Positions 1 through 13,511 of a stretch of DNA of 64,000 nt are shown here, piece by piece (positions within the stretch are counted from its first letter, which is position 1; each line of letters starts with the position of its first letter). Under the pieces are notes generated by a model. The model had not been told where the DNA came from and made no database searches. It worked only from the letters and a program-made list of their open reading frames with translations. The position numbers and the translations under genes were made by a program. The stretch is taken from positions 311,032 through 375,031 of the forward strand of contig JBMOPU010000012.1 of NCBI GenBank assembly GCA_049322955.1, given 5' to 3'. The stretch comes from Patescibacteria group bacterium. GTDB taxonomy: Bacteria > Patescibacteriota > Microgenomatia > UBA10105 > UBA927.

Positions 1-3196
<3,196 letters not shown>

Positions 3197-3651
3197 TTAA
3201 ATGAGTATTTTCACGAATTCCCGCATAATAATATTTAGCTTCATTTATATATATCAATTTATATCATTGCTCAATTATTTTTGATTTATAATTCATGGTA
3301 ATGCCGCAATGTCATGATGACATGTAGGGAAAAACGCGGTTATCGTTTGGAGCCTTGTGACAGCCTTAATTCGTATTAGCCCTATAGTGCACTAGTGATA
3401 AGTCTTATAGTATATAATGGGTGTGAAAGCGATCCGGGTGAGCGAATGAATATCCTCTACGGTTTTTTTATCCTCAATCACGGAAACCATCAGAGGCAAA
3501 TAGGGTGGTTGGCAAATCTGTTTGATCAGTGCTAACTTTGTATCAGCCTATTAGAACGTGCTATATATTATTTATGGATCAAAAGTGTTTAACAGACAGC
3601 GTATATCTTCCTTCCGAGAATAAAATATATGATTGATTTTTTATTTTTTTC

Positions 3652-3681
3652 TTGTCAAAACAAGCTAAAATTCGCTACATT
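3652..3681 (+). promoter_or_regulatory. Putative sigma70-like promoter upstream of leuS
   Basis: TTGTCA (3652-3657), 18-nt spacer, TACATT (3676-3681), in the AT-rich divergent intergenic region 3101-3749. Confidence 0.3.
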
Positions 3682-3749
3682 CCAAAAATTCCTCTTGCTT
3701 CCTCCGTATAACTCGGTATACTTAAGTGGCACGTTTGGAGTGCACGTCT

Positions 3750-6284
3750 ATGTCAGATAAGTATCCGCATGTCGAAATTGAGGCTAAATGGCAGAAGACC
3801 TGGAGTGATGAAAAAGTCTATACCATTGACCTTGCAAAGGCTAAAAAGCCGTTCTATAACCTCATGATGTTTCCGTATCCTTCTGCGGAAGGCTTGCATG
3901 TCGGCAATATGTATGCATTCACCGGGACTGATATATACGGACGTTTCATGCGCATGCAAGGGTATGATGTATTTGAGCCGATCGGTCTCGACGGCTTTGG
4001 TATCCATAGTGAGAATTATGCGTTTAAAGTAGGAAAACACCCGGTAGAACAAGCGAAACGCAGTGAACAGAACTTCTATCGTCAACTTTCGCTCATAGGG
4101 TCCATGTATGACTGGTCCCGAACGGTGGAGACGTATGATCCCGGATATTATCGGTGGACGCAGTGGTTGTTTGTCCAGATGTTTCGTCACGGACTCGCAT
4201 ATCGCGCAAAAGCGGAGGTGAATTGGTGCCCTTCGTGTAAAACGGTCTTGGCCGATGAACAGGTGATTGAAGAAAAATGCGAAAGATGCGGGAATATTGT
4301 CACAAAAAGAGCATTAGAACAGTGGTTTTTTAGAATTACCGCATATGCGGGAAAACTGCTGGAAAATATTTCGAAGCTAAAATGGTCAGAAAAAGTATTG
4401 GTTGCCCAAGAGCATTGGATCGGGAAAAAAGAGGGGATTAACATCACCTACCCCGTTGTGGACGAAAAAGGAAACAATATTGGCGAGGTTATATGTTTTA
4501 CTACAAGACCGGATACCAATTTTGGTGCCACATTCATCGTTTTGGCTCCCGAGCACCCCTTTATCAGTACCATTGAAAGAGTGATAAAAAAGGAAAATCT
4601 TGCTCTGTTGCGCCAATATATAAAAGAAACCCAAAAAATGTCTTCCGAGGATCGTATCGCGCAGGGGAGAAAAAAGACAGGAGTTGCTACGGGTTTGTAC
4701 TGTATTAATCAACTTACAGGACAAAAGGTTCCTCTTTATATCTCCGATTTCGTCGTGATGGGAGTGGGTACGGGGGCTGTTGTTGGTGTCCCGGGACATG
4801 ATCTCCGAGATTTTGAGTTTGCGCAATCCATGGGATTACCGGTTGTCCGTGTGGTTGTGGGTGCAGACGGAAATACAGGTCCCATTACGAAACCGGACCA
4901 GGTACAGGAGGATGAAGGTATCATGATTAACTCCGATTTTCTGGATGGGGTGGCGATAACAGAAGCCATCGAAAAGATGAAAGATCATTTAGAACAAAAA
5001 GGCTGGGGAAAGCGTGTCACTACGTATCATTTGCGAGATTGGCTCATCAGTCGTCAACGATATTGGGGTCCTCCCATACCGATGATCCGTTGCGGTACGT
5101 GTGAGAAGGCCGGCAAAGGAGAACGTGCCGACATGCCGGGCTGGTACACTGTTCCGGATGATCAGCTACCGGTGACGCTTCCCGTTATTGAAGATTATAA
5201 ACCGGGAGATGACGGGGTTGCTCCTCTTGCAAAACATAAGGAATTCTATGAAACTACCTGTCCCGGATGCGGAGGCAAAGCAACCAGAGAGACGGATGTT
5301 TCTGATACATTTTTAGATAGTTCGTGGTACTTTTTACGATATCCTTCCGTCGGTTCTTTGACGGCTGATACTAGTCCATTTGATCCCGCACTCACGAAAC
5401 AATGGCTACCGGTAAGCATGTACACCGGAGGAGCAGAGCATAGTGTTCTGCATCTTATGTACAGCAGATTTGTGACCATGGCGCTCAAGGAGTGGGGGTA
5501 TCTTGATTTTGATGAGCCGTTTCCAAACTTTTTTGCGCATGGACTGGTGATCAAAGAGGGCGCCAAGATGAGCAAAAGTAAAGGAAACGTCGTCAATCCC
5601 GATGAGTATATCAAACTATATGGAACAGATGCTCTGCGGATGTATCTTATGTTCATGGGACCCTTCTCCGAAGGAGGAGATTTTCGGGATACGGGGATGG
5701 AGGGGATGTCCCGATGGGTCGGAAGAGTTTGGCGCATGGCAACAGCCTCATTAGAATCTGGCACTGCCATTGATACGAGTGCTGTCGTACTGAAATCGCT
5801 TCATAAAACCATCAAGAAGGTAGGTGAGGATACCGCCAAAAGACATTACAATACGGCAATCGCGGCCATGATGGAGTTCACAAATTTGGTGAATGACCAT
5901 GGTGGCACTCTTCCTGTGCCGTTGCTAAAAATGTTTCTGCTTATTCTGGCGCCCTATGCGCCGCATCTTGCCGAGGAACTTTGGTCGCGTGCCGAGGCAG
6001 TTGAACACGGTGATGCAAAAGGGAACGCGTTCCGATCCATTCACCAACAGTCTTGGCCGGTTTTTGATCCGCAATATCTTACCGAAGAGAGTATTACCGT
6101 TGTGGTGCAGGTAAATGGCAAAACAAAAGGATCAATAGTGATTGATACGGAAAGTGCTAGTTTTCAAGAAAAAATTGAGGCCGCTGTCCGTGATTCGGCA
6201 AAAATGCGGAAGTATATTGAAGCGGGTGACATCCGTAAAATAATCTTTGTTCCCGGAAGGCTTATCAACTTTGTCCTCTCCTGA
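3750..6284 (+). CDS. leuS: Leucyl-tRNA synthetase
   Basis: Class I aaRS HIGH-type motif (HVGNMYAFTGTD), KMSKS motif (KMSKSKGNVV), and LeuS-typical WCPSCKTVLADEQV editing/zinc region. The MSDKYPHVEIEAKWQKTW start at ATG 3750 is in frame with the track ORF 3726..6284. Confidence 0.95.
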   Translation: MSDKYPHVEIEAKWQKTWSDEKVYTIDLAKAKKPFYNLMMFPYPSAEGLHVGNMYAFTGTDIYGRFMRMQGYDVFEPIGLDGFGIHSENYAFKVGKHPVEQAKRSEQNFYRQLSLIGSMYDWSRTVETYDPGYYRWTQWLFVQMFRHGLAYRAKAEVNWCPSCKTVLADEQVIEEKCERCGNIVTKRALEQWFFRITAYAGKLLENISKLKWSEKVLVAQEHWIGKKEGINITYPVVDEKGNNIGEVICFTTRPDTNFGATFIVLAPEHPFISTIERVIKKENLALLRQYIKETQKMSSEDRIAQGRKKTGVATGLYCINQLTGQKVPLYISDFVVMGVGTGAVVGVPGHDLRDFEFAQSMGLPVVRVVVGADGNTGPITKPDQVQEDEGIMINSDFLDGVAITEAIEKMKDHLEQKGWGKRVTTYHLRDWLISRQRYWGPPIPMIRCGTCEKAGKGERADMPGWYTVPDDQLPVTLPVIEDYKPGDDGVAPLAKHKEFYETTCPGCGGKATRETDVSDTFLDSSWYFLRYPSVGSLTADTSPFDPALTKQWLPVSMYTGGAEHSVLHLMYSRFVTMALKEWGYLDFDEPFPNFFAHGLVIKEGAKMSKSKGNVVNPDEYIKLYGTDALRMYLMFMGPFSEGGDFRDTGMEGMSRWVGRVWRMATASLESGTAIDTSAVVLKSLHKTIKKVGEDTAKRHYNTAIAAMMEFTNLVNDHGGTLPVPLLKMFLLILAPYAPHLAEELWSRAEAVEHGDAKGNAFRSIHQQSWPVFDPQYLTEESITVVVQVNGKTKGSIVIDTESASFQEKIEAAVRDSAKMRKYIEAGDIRKIIFVPGRLINFVLS

Positions 6285-6347
6285 GGGTTTCGTTTCCGTG
6301 CGTTATCGTACTGCAGTTGGTATTTTCTCGTGATCTAATGATGGCAT

Positions 6348-6953
6348 ATGCCTCACGAGGGAGGGGATCCTTCAGTGTCTGCGGTGTGGCAGATCTATCA
6401 TGTCCCGATTGTTTTGGGAATCTTCAGTCTTCTTTTTATAGTTCTTTCTATAACAATCTTTATAAAAACCTATCAGGATGTTTCTCCTATAGAATTTCGT
6501 GACGGTAATGAAACGGCAACCGGAGCGGCCGAATTGTCTTCAGAAACCAGCATCCTTGTCGACATTCAAGGAGCAATTGTGGCGCCGGGAGTGTACCGGT
6601 TATCGCAGGGCGCCCGGGTGAATGATCTTTTGACCCTCGCCGGCGGTTTTTTGGCGGATGCCGACACGCCGCGAATCAACAAAACACTGAACCGGGCCGC
6701 AATTCTTTCAGACGGTGCCAAGATTTACATCCCTTTTCTCGACGAAGCGACCCCTGCAGATTTGCAGAAATCGCTTATGATATCCATCAATACCGCCAGT
6801 GCCGCGGAATTGGAATCTCTGCCGGGTGTCGGATCAGTTATCGCGGAAAAAATTATTGCCGCGCGGCCGTACTCATCACTTGAAGAATTGGTGCAAAAAA
6901 CGGTGATGTCGGCCTCTCTTTTTGACAAATGCAAAGAACGGCTTGTTTTGTAA
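6348..6953 (+). CDS. comEA: Competence protein ComEA (SLBB + helix-hairpin-helix DNA-binding)
   Basis: N-terminal TM, SLBB-like segment VDIQGAIVAPGVYRLSQGARVNDLLTLAGG, and C-terminal HhH motif INTASAAELESLPGVGSVIAEKIIAAR. Confidence 0.8.
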   Translation: MPHEGGDPSVSAVWQIYHVPIVLGIFSLLFIVLSITIFIKTYQDVSPIEFRDGNETATGAAELSSETSILVDIQGAIVAPGVYRLSQGARVNDLLTLAGGFLADADTPRINKTLNRAAILSDGAKIYIPFLDEATPADLQKSLMISINTASAAELESLPGVGSVIAEKIIAARPYSSLEELVQKTVMSASLFDKCKERLVL

Positions 6954-6956
6954 AAT

Positions 6957-7778
6957 ATGGATCTCTTCAGCGTCAGCGGCTTTGAACGAGTACTTACACG
7001 GGTACTTCCAGAACCGCATGCCGGGCTCATGTCCGGGCTGTTATTTGGCTCCAAAGTGTCACTTTCGCCTGAGTTTATCGAAGCGTTAACGCGAAGCGGC
7101 ACCCTCCATATCGTGGCGTTATCAGGGATGAATATTGCCATTATTGCCAGGCTTATGGAGACAAGTATCGCGTCCGTATGGGGCAAACGCCCGGCGACAC
7201 TAGGTACACTTATGGGTATTGTCTGGTTTGTTTGGTTTGTGGGACCGAGTCCTTCGCTCGTCCGGGCGGCTATCATGGGGGGGATAGCCCTCATGGCGCA
7301 TTTATTCGGACGGCAATACTGGGGGCTCGTGGCTTGGGCGGTGACGGTATGCAGTATGCTCATCATCAACAGAGAGTGGAGTAAGGATCTTTCTTTTCAA
7401 TTATCGGCGCTTGCAACATTGGGGATTATTCTTTTTGGCGGGGGACAGGAAAACGTTGGGGCAAAAAAAAGCTTAGCTGGCAAAGTGTTAGCGGCGGTCA
7501 CGGAAAATATCCGACTGACTCTTGCGGCACAACTGTTTACGGTTCCGCTTATCTTCTGGCAATTCCAGAGGATTTCATTTATCGCTCCGCTATCCAACCT
7601 TATGATCGGATGGATCATCGCACCCCTAACGATTCTCGGTTGGCTGACCGTTTTGGCGGGATTTTTGTGGTTTCCGTTGAGTTATAGCTTATCCTGGTTT
7701 GATTGGATTTTATTGGAATATGTTATCCGGACGGTCTATCTGATGGGTTCTTTCCCATTAGGCAGTCTTGGTCGTTAA
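6957..7778 (+). CDS. comEC: ComEC/Rec2 'competence' integral-membrane domain protein (N-terminal half of a split ComEC)
   Basis: LLFGSKVSLSPEFIEALTRSGTLHIVALSGMNIAIIA matches the ComEC competence-domain signature; polytopic membrane protein; 4 nt downstream of comEA. Confidence 0.75.
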   Translation: MDLFSVSGFERVLTRVLPEPHAGLMSGLLFGSKVSLSPEFIEALTRSGTLHIVALSGMNIAIIARLMETSIASVWGKRPATLGTLMGIVWFVWFVGPSPSLVRAAIMGGIALMAHLFGRQYWGLVAWAVTVCSMLIINREWSKDLSFQLSALATLGIILFGGGQENVGAKKSLAGKVLAAVTENIRLTLAAQLFTVPLIFWQFQRISFIAPLSNLMIGWIIAPLTILGWLTVLAGFLWFPLSYSLSWFDWILLEYVIRTVYLMGSFPLGSLGR

Positions 7779-7933
7779 CTATAACAAAACATATCTACTC
7801 ATGGCTGAAGTATTATTGTCGCTAAAGCCCTGTTTTGTTTGTTATAGGTTTTATGTATTTGATTGTATATTTTGATAATCACAGGATTGTATGCAATAAC
7901 TGTTCATTTAATGAATATGAAAAGAGGTGAATC

Positions 7934-8845
7934 ATGAAGCCGTTGTATTTTGCATACGGTATTCTCGGATTTGCTACAGGTTTTGTACTTTTATTGCATT
8001 TTCTTACGTCACTTCCCGACGGAAAGTTGTATTTGGTCTTTTGTGACGTCGGTCAGGGGGACGCGATATACGCCCGATTGCCCGACGGACGGGACATGCT
8101 CGTTGACGGCGGTCCCAATGAAAAAGTGATCGGTTGTCTTTCCCGACACATGCCTTTTTGGGATAGAACGATTGACCTGGTGTTTCTGACGCATCCGGAA
8201 CGGGATCATATGCAGGGGCTTAACGCGGTTATTGCCCGTTACTCAGTAGGGTCGTTCGTGACGGCACCTTCTCCCGTCTCAAACGAGTTACATAGTCAGT
8301 TGCTGACCATACTTGCAAAAGAAGGCGTTCCGATCAGGCGAGTGACTGCAGGATCGGCGGTGGAGATAGGAGATGTTGCTATTGCCGTCCTATGGCCGTC
8401 GGATGCCTATATTACCCGTATCTCGTCATATGCCGTTTCACCCGGGAGTGCGGTACTGGGTGCTACCGCAAATCTGAACGAAGGTTCATTGGTAACTCGG
8501 ATGACGTACGGCGATTTTTCACTTTTGCTTCCCGGTGATGCCGATACGGCCGTCGAGTCAGAGTATCTACGAAACACGCCGTTAGCAACAAGACCGGTGA
8601 CAGTGCTAAAGGTGCCGCATCACGGGAGTAAGACGGGAATAAGCGAATCATTCTTAAAACGGCTTCAGCCTGATCTGGCAATTCTTTCGGTGGGTAAAAA
8701 TTCCTACGGCCATCCGTCACCGATAGTTCTTGGGTTGTTAGCAGATAATCATATTCGAGTGCTACGTACCGATCAGGAAGGGGATATTCAAATCATCAGC
8801 GATGGCGACAGTTGGAAGGTTGTGCCATCCGGTATGCGTCAGTGA
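7934..8845 (+). CDS. comEC: ComEC C-terminal metallo-beta-lactamase domain protein (separate gene)
   Basis: MBL motifs HPERDHMQG...VPHHGSK and VFCDVGQGDA; its own SD (AAGAGGTG) lies 6 nt upstream of the ATG. The 155-bp AT-rich gap separating it from the competence-domain ORF contains no ORF. Confidence 0.8.
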   Translation: MKPLYFAYGILGFATGFVLLLHFLTSLPDGKLYLVFCDVGQGDAIYARLPDGRDMLVDGGPNEKVIGCLSRHMPFWDRTIDLVFLTHPERDHMQGLNAVIARYSVGSFVTAPSPVSNELHSQLLTILAKEGVPIRRVTAGSAVEIGDVAIAVLWPSDAYITRISSYAVSPGSAVLGATANLNEGSLVTRMTYGDFSLLLPGDADTAVESEYLRNTPLATRPVTVLKVPHHGSKTGISESFLKRLQPDLAILSVGKNSYGHPSPIVLGLLADNHIRVLRTDQEGDIQIISDGDSWKVVPSGMRQ

Positions 8846-8872
8846 CGATTCGGGAGGGGTTTTCCCTCAGTG

Positions 8873-9301
8873 CTACCACCACGACTGGTTGGGGAAAAAA
8901 TGTTCCTCTACCGCAAGATCATATTCCTGTTCACTGTCATATTTTTCATACCAGGAAAGAATTGTTTCCAGTTGGTGGCGTCTGAGCCTGGTCATGCGGT
9001 CAACCCATGATATTTCCGAATCCAGTATGCCGCGAAGAATATCCCGGTTAACAAATTGCGGTGCGGATGCGTTCTTTGCCGATGTGTGCGCCGCTTCTGC
9101 GGCTTTGGCGATCGTTTCGATTGCGTCGTCGTCATATCGCATGTTTCGCAACAGTGTGGGAATACGTCTGTTCCGTTTTGTTTCGAGGGCCAGGGCGGCC
9201 GCCTGGGCGGTAACCGATGCGGGGTAGTTACGGCTCACATCGCTAAACAGACGCATCGCTTCTTGGTGTTTTGATGGAAGGCGCGAATGATATCGTTCCA
9301 T
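8873..9301 (-). CDS. Hypothetical protein
   Basis: 142-aa ORF whose sequence looks protein-like, whereas the overlapping plus ORF 8802..9227 is low-complexity; convergent with comEC. Confidence 0.45.
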   Translation of the reverse strand: MERYHSRLPSKHQEAMRLFSDVSRNYPASVTAQAAALALETKRNRRIPTLLRNMRYDDDAIETIAKAAEAAHTSAKNASAPQFVNRDILRGILDSEISWVDRMTRLRRHQLETILSWYEKYDSEQEYDLAVEEHFFPNQSWW

Positions 9302-9379
9302 TGTTCAACGTCCCTTTTGGTCGGGGAATGAAGATATTTTACGATATCTTTTGATCACTTGACAACATGTACATCCTGT

Positions 9380-9645
9380 AGTAAAGTATTCGCACAAGTG
9401 AATAGGCGATGATGGTGTCGAGCACCGGAGCCGGTTTCTGAAGAAAGGATCCCTCCTCATCGGCGGGAGACAAGTAAGAAACAGTAGTTGAGGGAAAAGA
9501 TATCTTCCGTCAAGGCATATACGGGGATTTTTTGTTTTTTTACAAAACAATCTTTTCCGAACTTGGGGTGGCACCACGCGAACACACGTCCCCTTGGACT
9601 TCTCTCGGTCTTTACCGGGAGAGATCCAAGGGGATTTTTTGTGGG
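9380..9645 (+). promoter_or_regulatory. T-box-like riboswitch leader (antiterminator/terminator) upstream of the argH-argG-TCase-TCase-argS cluster
   Basis: tGGGGUGGCACCaCGCG at 9564-9580 resembles the T-box consensus AGGGUGGNACCGCG. It can form an antiterminator: helix GGGG(9565-68)/CCCC(9590-93) with a 7-nt bulge UGGCACC (= consensus UGGNACC). It overlaps a competing terminator hairpin UCCCCUUGGA...UCCAAGGGG followed by UUUUUU (9590-9640). Stem I and the specifier loop are not resolved. Confidence 0.4.
9590..9640 (+). terminator. Intrinsic terminator hairpin of the leader (attenuator)
   Basis: ccccttgga...tccaagggg stem followed by the T6 run at 9635-9640, 35 nt before the argH start. Confidence 0.5.
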
Positions 9646-9674
9646 TTTGATGACACGGTAACGTATCAAAAATT

Positions 9675-11198
9675 ATGAAAACTCAACCGATGACAACGTT
9701 ATGGGGAAGCGCATTTACACAAATGCCGTCAGGTGCGGTGCTGTCTTTTACCGCGGGGCGTGATACCGCCGATATTCCCATGGCCGACACGGCGCTATTG
9801 CCGTATGACGTCTGGGTGAACACCGCCCATGTCGTCATGCTCGCCAAAACCAAATGTATCCCCGTGGGTTCTGCAACAAAACTTCTTTCCGGTCTTGCGG
9901 CACTGGAAAAACTTGTTGATGCGGGCAAATTTCCCCTGGATCCTCTCAAGGAAGACGTCCACACCAACGTCGAAGCATGGTTAACCGAGGAGTTGGGAAG
10001 CGCTGTTGCGGGCACGCTCCACACGGCAAGAAGCAGAAATGATCAGATCGTTTGCGATATGCGACTCTTCATGCGGGACGGGGCGATAACGGTTATTGAA
10101 AATACCCTGGTGCTCATCAAGACATTGCTTGCCAAAGCCGAAAAAACAAAAGGAATAGTCATGCCGGGTTTTACGCATCATCAGCATGCCATGGTGACGA
10201 CGTTGGGGCATGTATTGTCGGGATTTGCGGCTATGTTGCTTCGTGATGTCGAACGTTTTGAAGCGTGGTACGAACGGTATAACCATAGCCCGTTGGGCAA
10301 TATGGCATCGTACGGGACAAGTTATCCCATTGATAAAAAAATGACGGCCGAGTGTCTGGGGTTTGACGGCCCCGACTATCATTCGATCGATGCCATTACC
10401 AACCGCTGGGAGGCGGAAGCGGATTTGGCATTTGCCGTAACGGTGCTTATGAACCACCTCTCGACCGTTTCAGAAACCCTTGTCCTGCTTTCGATGACGG
10501 AATTCGGCATGGTGACGATACACGAAACATATAGTACGGGAAGCTCGGTGATGCCGCAGAAGAAAAATCCCGATGTGCTGGAGGTCGTTAAAGGGAAAGC
10601 CGCACTGGTAAGCGGGCAACTGATGAGTCTTGTCGCCCTGGGTAAAGGATCCTTCATCGGCTATAACCGGGATTCACAGTGGGCAAAATATATCATCATG
10701 GATGTTTTGCGCGAGTGTAGTGCCGCTCCCGTGCTCATTTCCGGGGTAATCGGGACAATGACCGTCAATGAGAAAGCAATGGCATCGTGGTGTCACACAG
10801 GAGGCATCGGTGCGACGGTACTTATGGAACAACTTGCGCAGACCTCCAGGCTTCCTCTGCGTCAGGCTAAAACGGTGGTGGAACAGGCGATAAAGGAGTG
10901 CGGCAATACGGGGACGATCACCCATTCTTCCCTTATTGGCGCCATGAAAGACCAATCGCGTACCTCTTTTCCTCCCGCGGCAGAACAGGTGATGGCCTGG
11001 CAGGATCCGCATACGATGGTGGGGTTGATGAAATCACTGGGAAGCCCCGGCAAGAAAAGTATGAAAACGGTACTAAAAAAGCTTACGCGAACTCTGCATC
11101 AGGATATAACTTGGCTCGGGAAGCAAAAACAACACCTCCACGAGGCAAAAGCGAAGCTGAACGATATGAAGGCCGCGTTGATGAAAGGAGGTGAATAA
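9675..11198 (+). CDS. argH: Argininosuccinate lyase
   Basis: Fumarate-lyase family signature GSSVMPQKKNPD and ArgH-like N-terminal region (LPYDVWVNTAHVVML). Confidence 0.9.
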   Translation: MKTQPMTTLWGSAFTQMPSGAVLSFTAGRDTADIPMADTALLPYDVWVNTAHVVMLAKTKCIPVGSATKLLSGLAALEKLVDAGKFPLDPLKEDVHTNVEAWLTEELGSAVAGTLHTARSRNDQIVCDMRLFMRDGAITVIENTLVLIKTLLAKAEKTKGIVMPGFTHHQHAMVTTLGHVLSGFAAMLLRDVERFEAWYERYNHSPLGNMASYGTSYPIDKKMTAECLGFDGPDYHSIDAITNRWEAEADLAFAVTVLMNHLSTVSETLVLLSMTEFGMVTIHETYSTGSSVMPQKKNPDVLEVVKGKAALVSGQLMSLVALGKGSFIGYNRDSQWAKYIIMDVLRECSAAPVLISGVIGTMTVNEKAMASWCHTGGIGATVLMEQLAQTSRLPLRQAKTVVEQAIKECGNTGTITHSSLIGAMKDQSRTSFPPAAEQVMAWQDPHTMVGLMKSLGSPGKKSMKTVLKKLTRTLHQDITWLGKQKQHLHEAKAKLNDMKAALMKGGE

Positions 11199-11200
11199 CT

Positions 11201-12448
11201 ATGAAACAACAAACAACGTATCAAAAGGTCGCCTCATATGAGGCGAAAAAAGGAAAAATTAAAAAAGTGTTATTACTCTATAGCGGCGGACTTGATACAA
11301 GCGTCATGCTCAAATGGATCATCGATACCTACGGTGTCGAGGTGATTACGCTTACCATGGACTTGGGACAACAGGGGGATGATCTTCTCGCCATTCAAAA
11401 AAAAGCGCGCAAATTCGGTGCAAAGAAAGCAATTGTCATGGATGTGAAAGATGAATTCGCGGAAAAGTATATAAGTTGGGGGATTAAGGCAAACGCCAGT
11501 TATCAGGGCGAGTATCACCTTTCTACCCCCATCGGTCGTGCCATAACGGCGGCCAAGGCTATTGAGGTGGCGGCCATGGTGGGCGCCGATGTCGTGGCAC
11601 ACGGCTGTACCGGAAAAGGGAATGATCAGGTGCGGTTCGAGGGCTATATGTTAGCGCTTAATCCCGCAATCAAAATCATCGCGCCCGTTCGTGAATGGAA
11701 CATGGACAGGAATGAAGAAATCGCGTATGCGGAAAAACACGGGATTCCCGTGCCCGCATCCGTCGATTTTCCCTACAGCGTTGATGACAATATGTGGGGA
11801 ATGACCTGGGAAGGCGGGGAGATTGAAGACCCGAAGTATATTCCCAAGATAGAAAAATTTTTGACGACCTATACGCTTGCCAAGCATGCTCCTGATACCG
11901 AAGAGTTTGTCACAATCACCTTCACAAAAGGTATTCCGACAAAGCTCAACGGGAAGTCTATGAAACTTGCTTCTCTTATTACCGCGTTAAACGGTATTGC
12001 AGGCAAACACGGGGTCGGGGTTGTCCATCTGGTCGAGGATCGGTTGATCGGGTTAAAAGACCGCGGGGTCTATGAGTTGCCTGCGGGACACGTCATTATC
12101 AGTGCCCATAAGGCGCTCGAACAATACGTATCGACAAGGGATCTCAATGAGTTGAAAAATCAGCTCGACATCAAATGGGCATATCTTTGTTATGGTGCGA
12201 AATGGTTTGATCCTGTTATGACGGCAATCAATGCGTTCAACGATACCGTCAATAAGATGGTAAGCGGGGAAGTAACCGTGAAGTTGTATAAAGGTACGGC
12301 GACCGTGGTTGCCATGCAATCGCCGTATGCGATGCACCATGCATCATTTACGACCGCCGGAGGCTACCAGTACAATGTGAATGCCAGCGCGGGATTTATC
12401 GAGGTGTACTCACTGCAGATGAAGCTCGCCAACCAGCGGAGAACATAA
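11201..12448 (+). CDS. argG: Argininosuccinate synthase
   Basis: PP-loop motif VLLLYSGGLDTSVMLKWI plus ArgG-like downstream blocks; starts 3 nt after argH. Confidence 0.9.
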   Translation: MKQQTTYQKVASYEAKKGKIKKVLLLYSGGLDTSVMLKWIIDTYGVEVITLTMDLGQQGDDLLAIQKKARKFGAKKAIVMDVKDEFAEKYISWGIKANASYQGEYHLSTPIGRAITAAKAIEVAAMVGADVVAHGCTGKGNDQVRFEGYMLALNPAIKIIAPVREWNMDRNEEIAYAEKHGIPVPASVDFPYSVDDNMWGMTWEGGEIEDPKYIPKIEKFLTTYTLAKHAPDTEEFVTITFTKGIPTKLNGKSMKLASLITALNGIAGKHGVGVVHLVEDRLIGLKDRGVYELPAGHVIISAHKALEQYVSTRDLNELKNQLDIKWAYLCYGAKWFDPVMTAINAFNDTVNKMVSGEVTVKLYKGTATVVAMQSPYAMHHASFTTAGGYQYNVNASAGFIEVYSLQMKLANQRRT

Positions 12449-12514
12449 TGAAGGGAATCCGGAAAGGGAGGTTCTCGAGGCCTCCCGCTCCGGTACGACG
12501 AAGAAAGGAGTACG

Positions 12515-13507
12515 ATGAAGCTATCACTCAAAGGAAAAGATTTTATTGCAGAACAGGAATGGAGCAAAGCAGAGCTTCAGGCCGCTATTTCTTTGGCAAT
12601 CACCCTAAAGAAGAAATTTCGCCTGAAACAGCCGACCCCATATCTATTGCATCAAACGCTCTATCTGTTATTTTTTTTCAGCTCAACCCGGACGCGCACC
12701 AGTTTTGAAGCGGCGATGGATCACTTGGGCGGTAACTCGCATGATCTTACCCCCGACAAGCTCCAGATTGCCCATGGAGATACGCCGAAAGAGATAGGAA
12801 AGATTCTTTCTTCCTACGGGCATGGCATTGCCATACGGCATTGTGATTGGGGCGAAGGGAATGCGTATATCCGTGAGGTTGCCAAACACTCGACGGCGCC
12901 GGTTTTTAACATGCAGTGCGATATCTACCATCCGTTTCAAGCAATGGCAGACCTTATGACGATTCTTGAAAAGAAAAAAACGGTAAAGAACAAAAAAATC
13001 GTCATGTCCTGGGCGTACGCCAATAGCTACACCAAGCCGATATCGGTGCCGCAGTCGTTTTTGTTGCTTTTGACGAAATTCGGTGCGGATATTACGCTGG
13101 CACATCCTAAAGAGTTTATGCTCATGCCCGAGGTTATGGCGCAGGCGACGGAGAACGCCAGGCAAACGGGAGGGTCGGTCGCCGTGACCCATAGCATGGA
13201 AGAAGCATTTACCGACGCGGATGTGGTCTATCCCAAAAGCTGGGGACCGCTCGTTACGACGAGTGACCCCAAAAAATGCACGCGCATTGCGGCAAAATAC
13301 AAACACTGGATATGTGACGAACGGATGATGAGGTTAGCCAAAAAAGATGCCATTTATATGCACTGTCTGCCTGCCGATCGCGGGGTGGAGGTAACGGATG
13401 CCGTTATTGATGGTGCACAATCGGTAGTGTATGATCAGGCGGAAAATCGAATGCATGTACAAAAAGCGATTCTCGCGCTTACCATGGGGAATAAAAAATT
13501 GATATAA
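12515..13507 (+). CDS. Transcarbamylase of the YgeW-like/'unknown TCase' type: carbamoyl-phosphate motifs intact, ornithine SMG loop replaced
   Basis: STRTRTSFE, HPFQ and HCLPADRG are present, but DxxxSMG is replaced by YPKSWGP. IAHGDT and NAYIREV are as I recall for E. coli YgeW (from memory). SD GAAAGGAG lies 6 nt upstream. Confidence 0.8.
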   Translation: MKLSLKGKDFIAEQEWSKAELQAAISLAITLKKKFRLKQPTPYLLHQTLYLLFFFSSTRTRTSFEAAMDHLGGNSHDLTPDKLQIAHGDTPKEIGKILSSYGHGIAIRHCDWGEGNAYIREVAKHSTAPVFNMQCDIYHPFQAMADLMTILEKKKTVKNKKIVMSWAYANSYTKPISVPQSFLLLLTKFGADITLAHPKEFMLMPEVMAQATENARQTGGSVAVTHSMEEAFTDADVVYPKSWGPLVTTSDPKKCTRIAAKYKHWICDERMMRLAKKDAIYMHCLPADRGVEVTDAVIDGAQSVVYDQAENRMHVQKAILALTMGNKKLI

Positions 13508-13511
13508 CCGT

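Noticed and set aside
3495-3530. AGGGUGG motif upstream of leuS as a possible T-box
   Set aside because: It is followed by UUGGCAAAUC rather than NACCGCG, and no antiterminator/terminator pair follows.
8802-9227. Plus-strand 141-aa ORF overlapping 8873..9301
   Set aside because: Cys/Ser-rich low-complexity translation; the minus-strand ORF is more protein-like.
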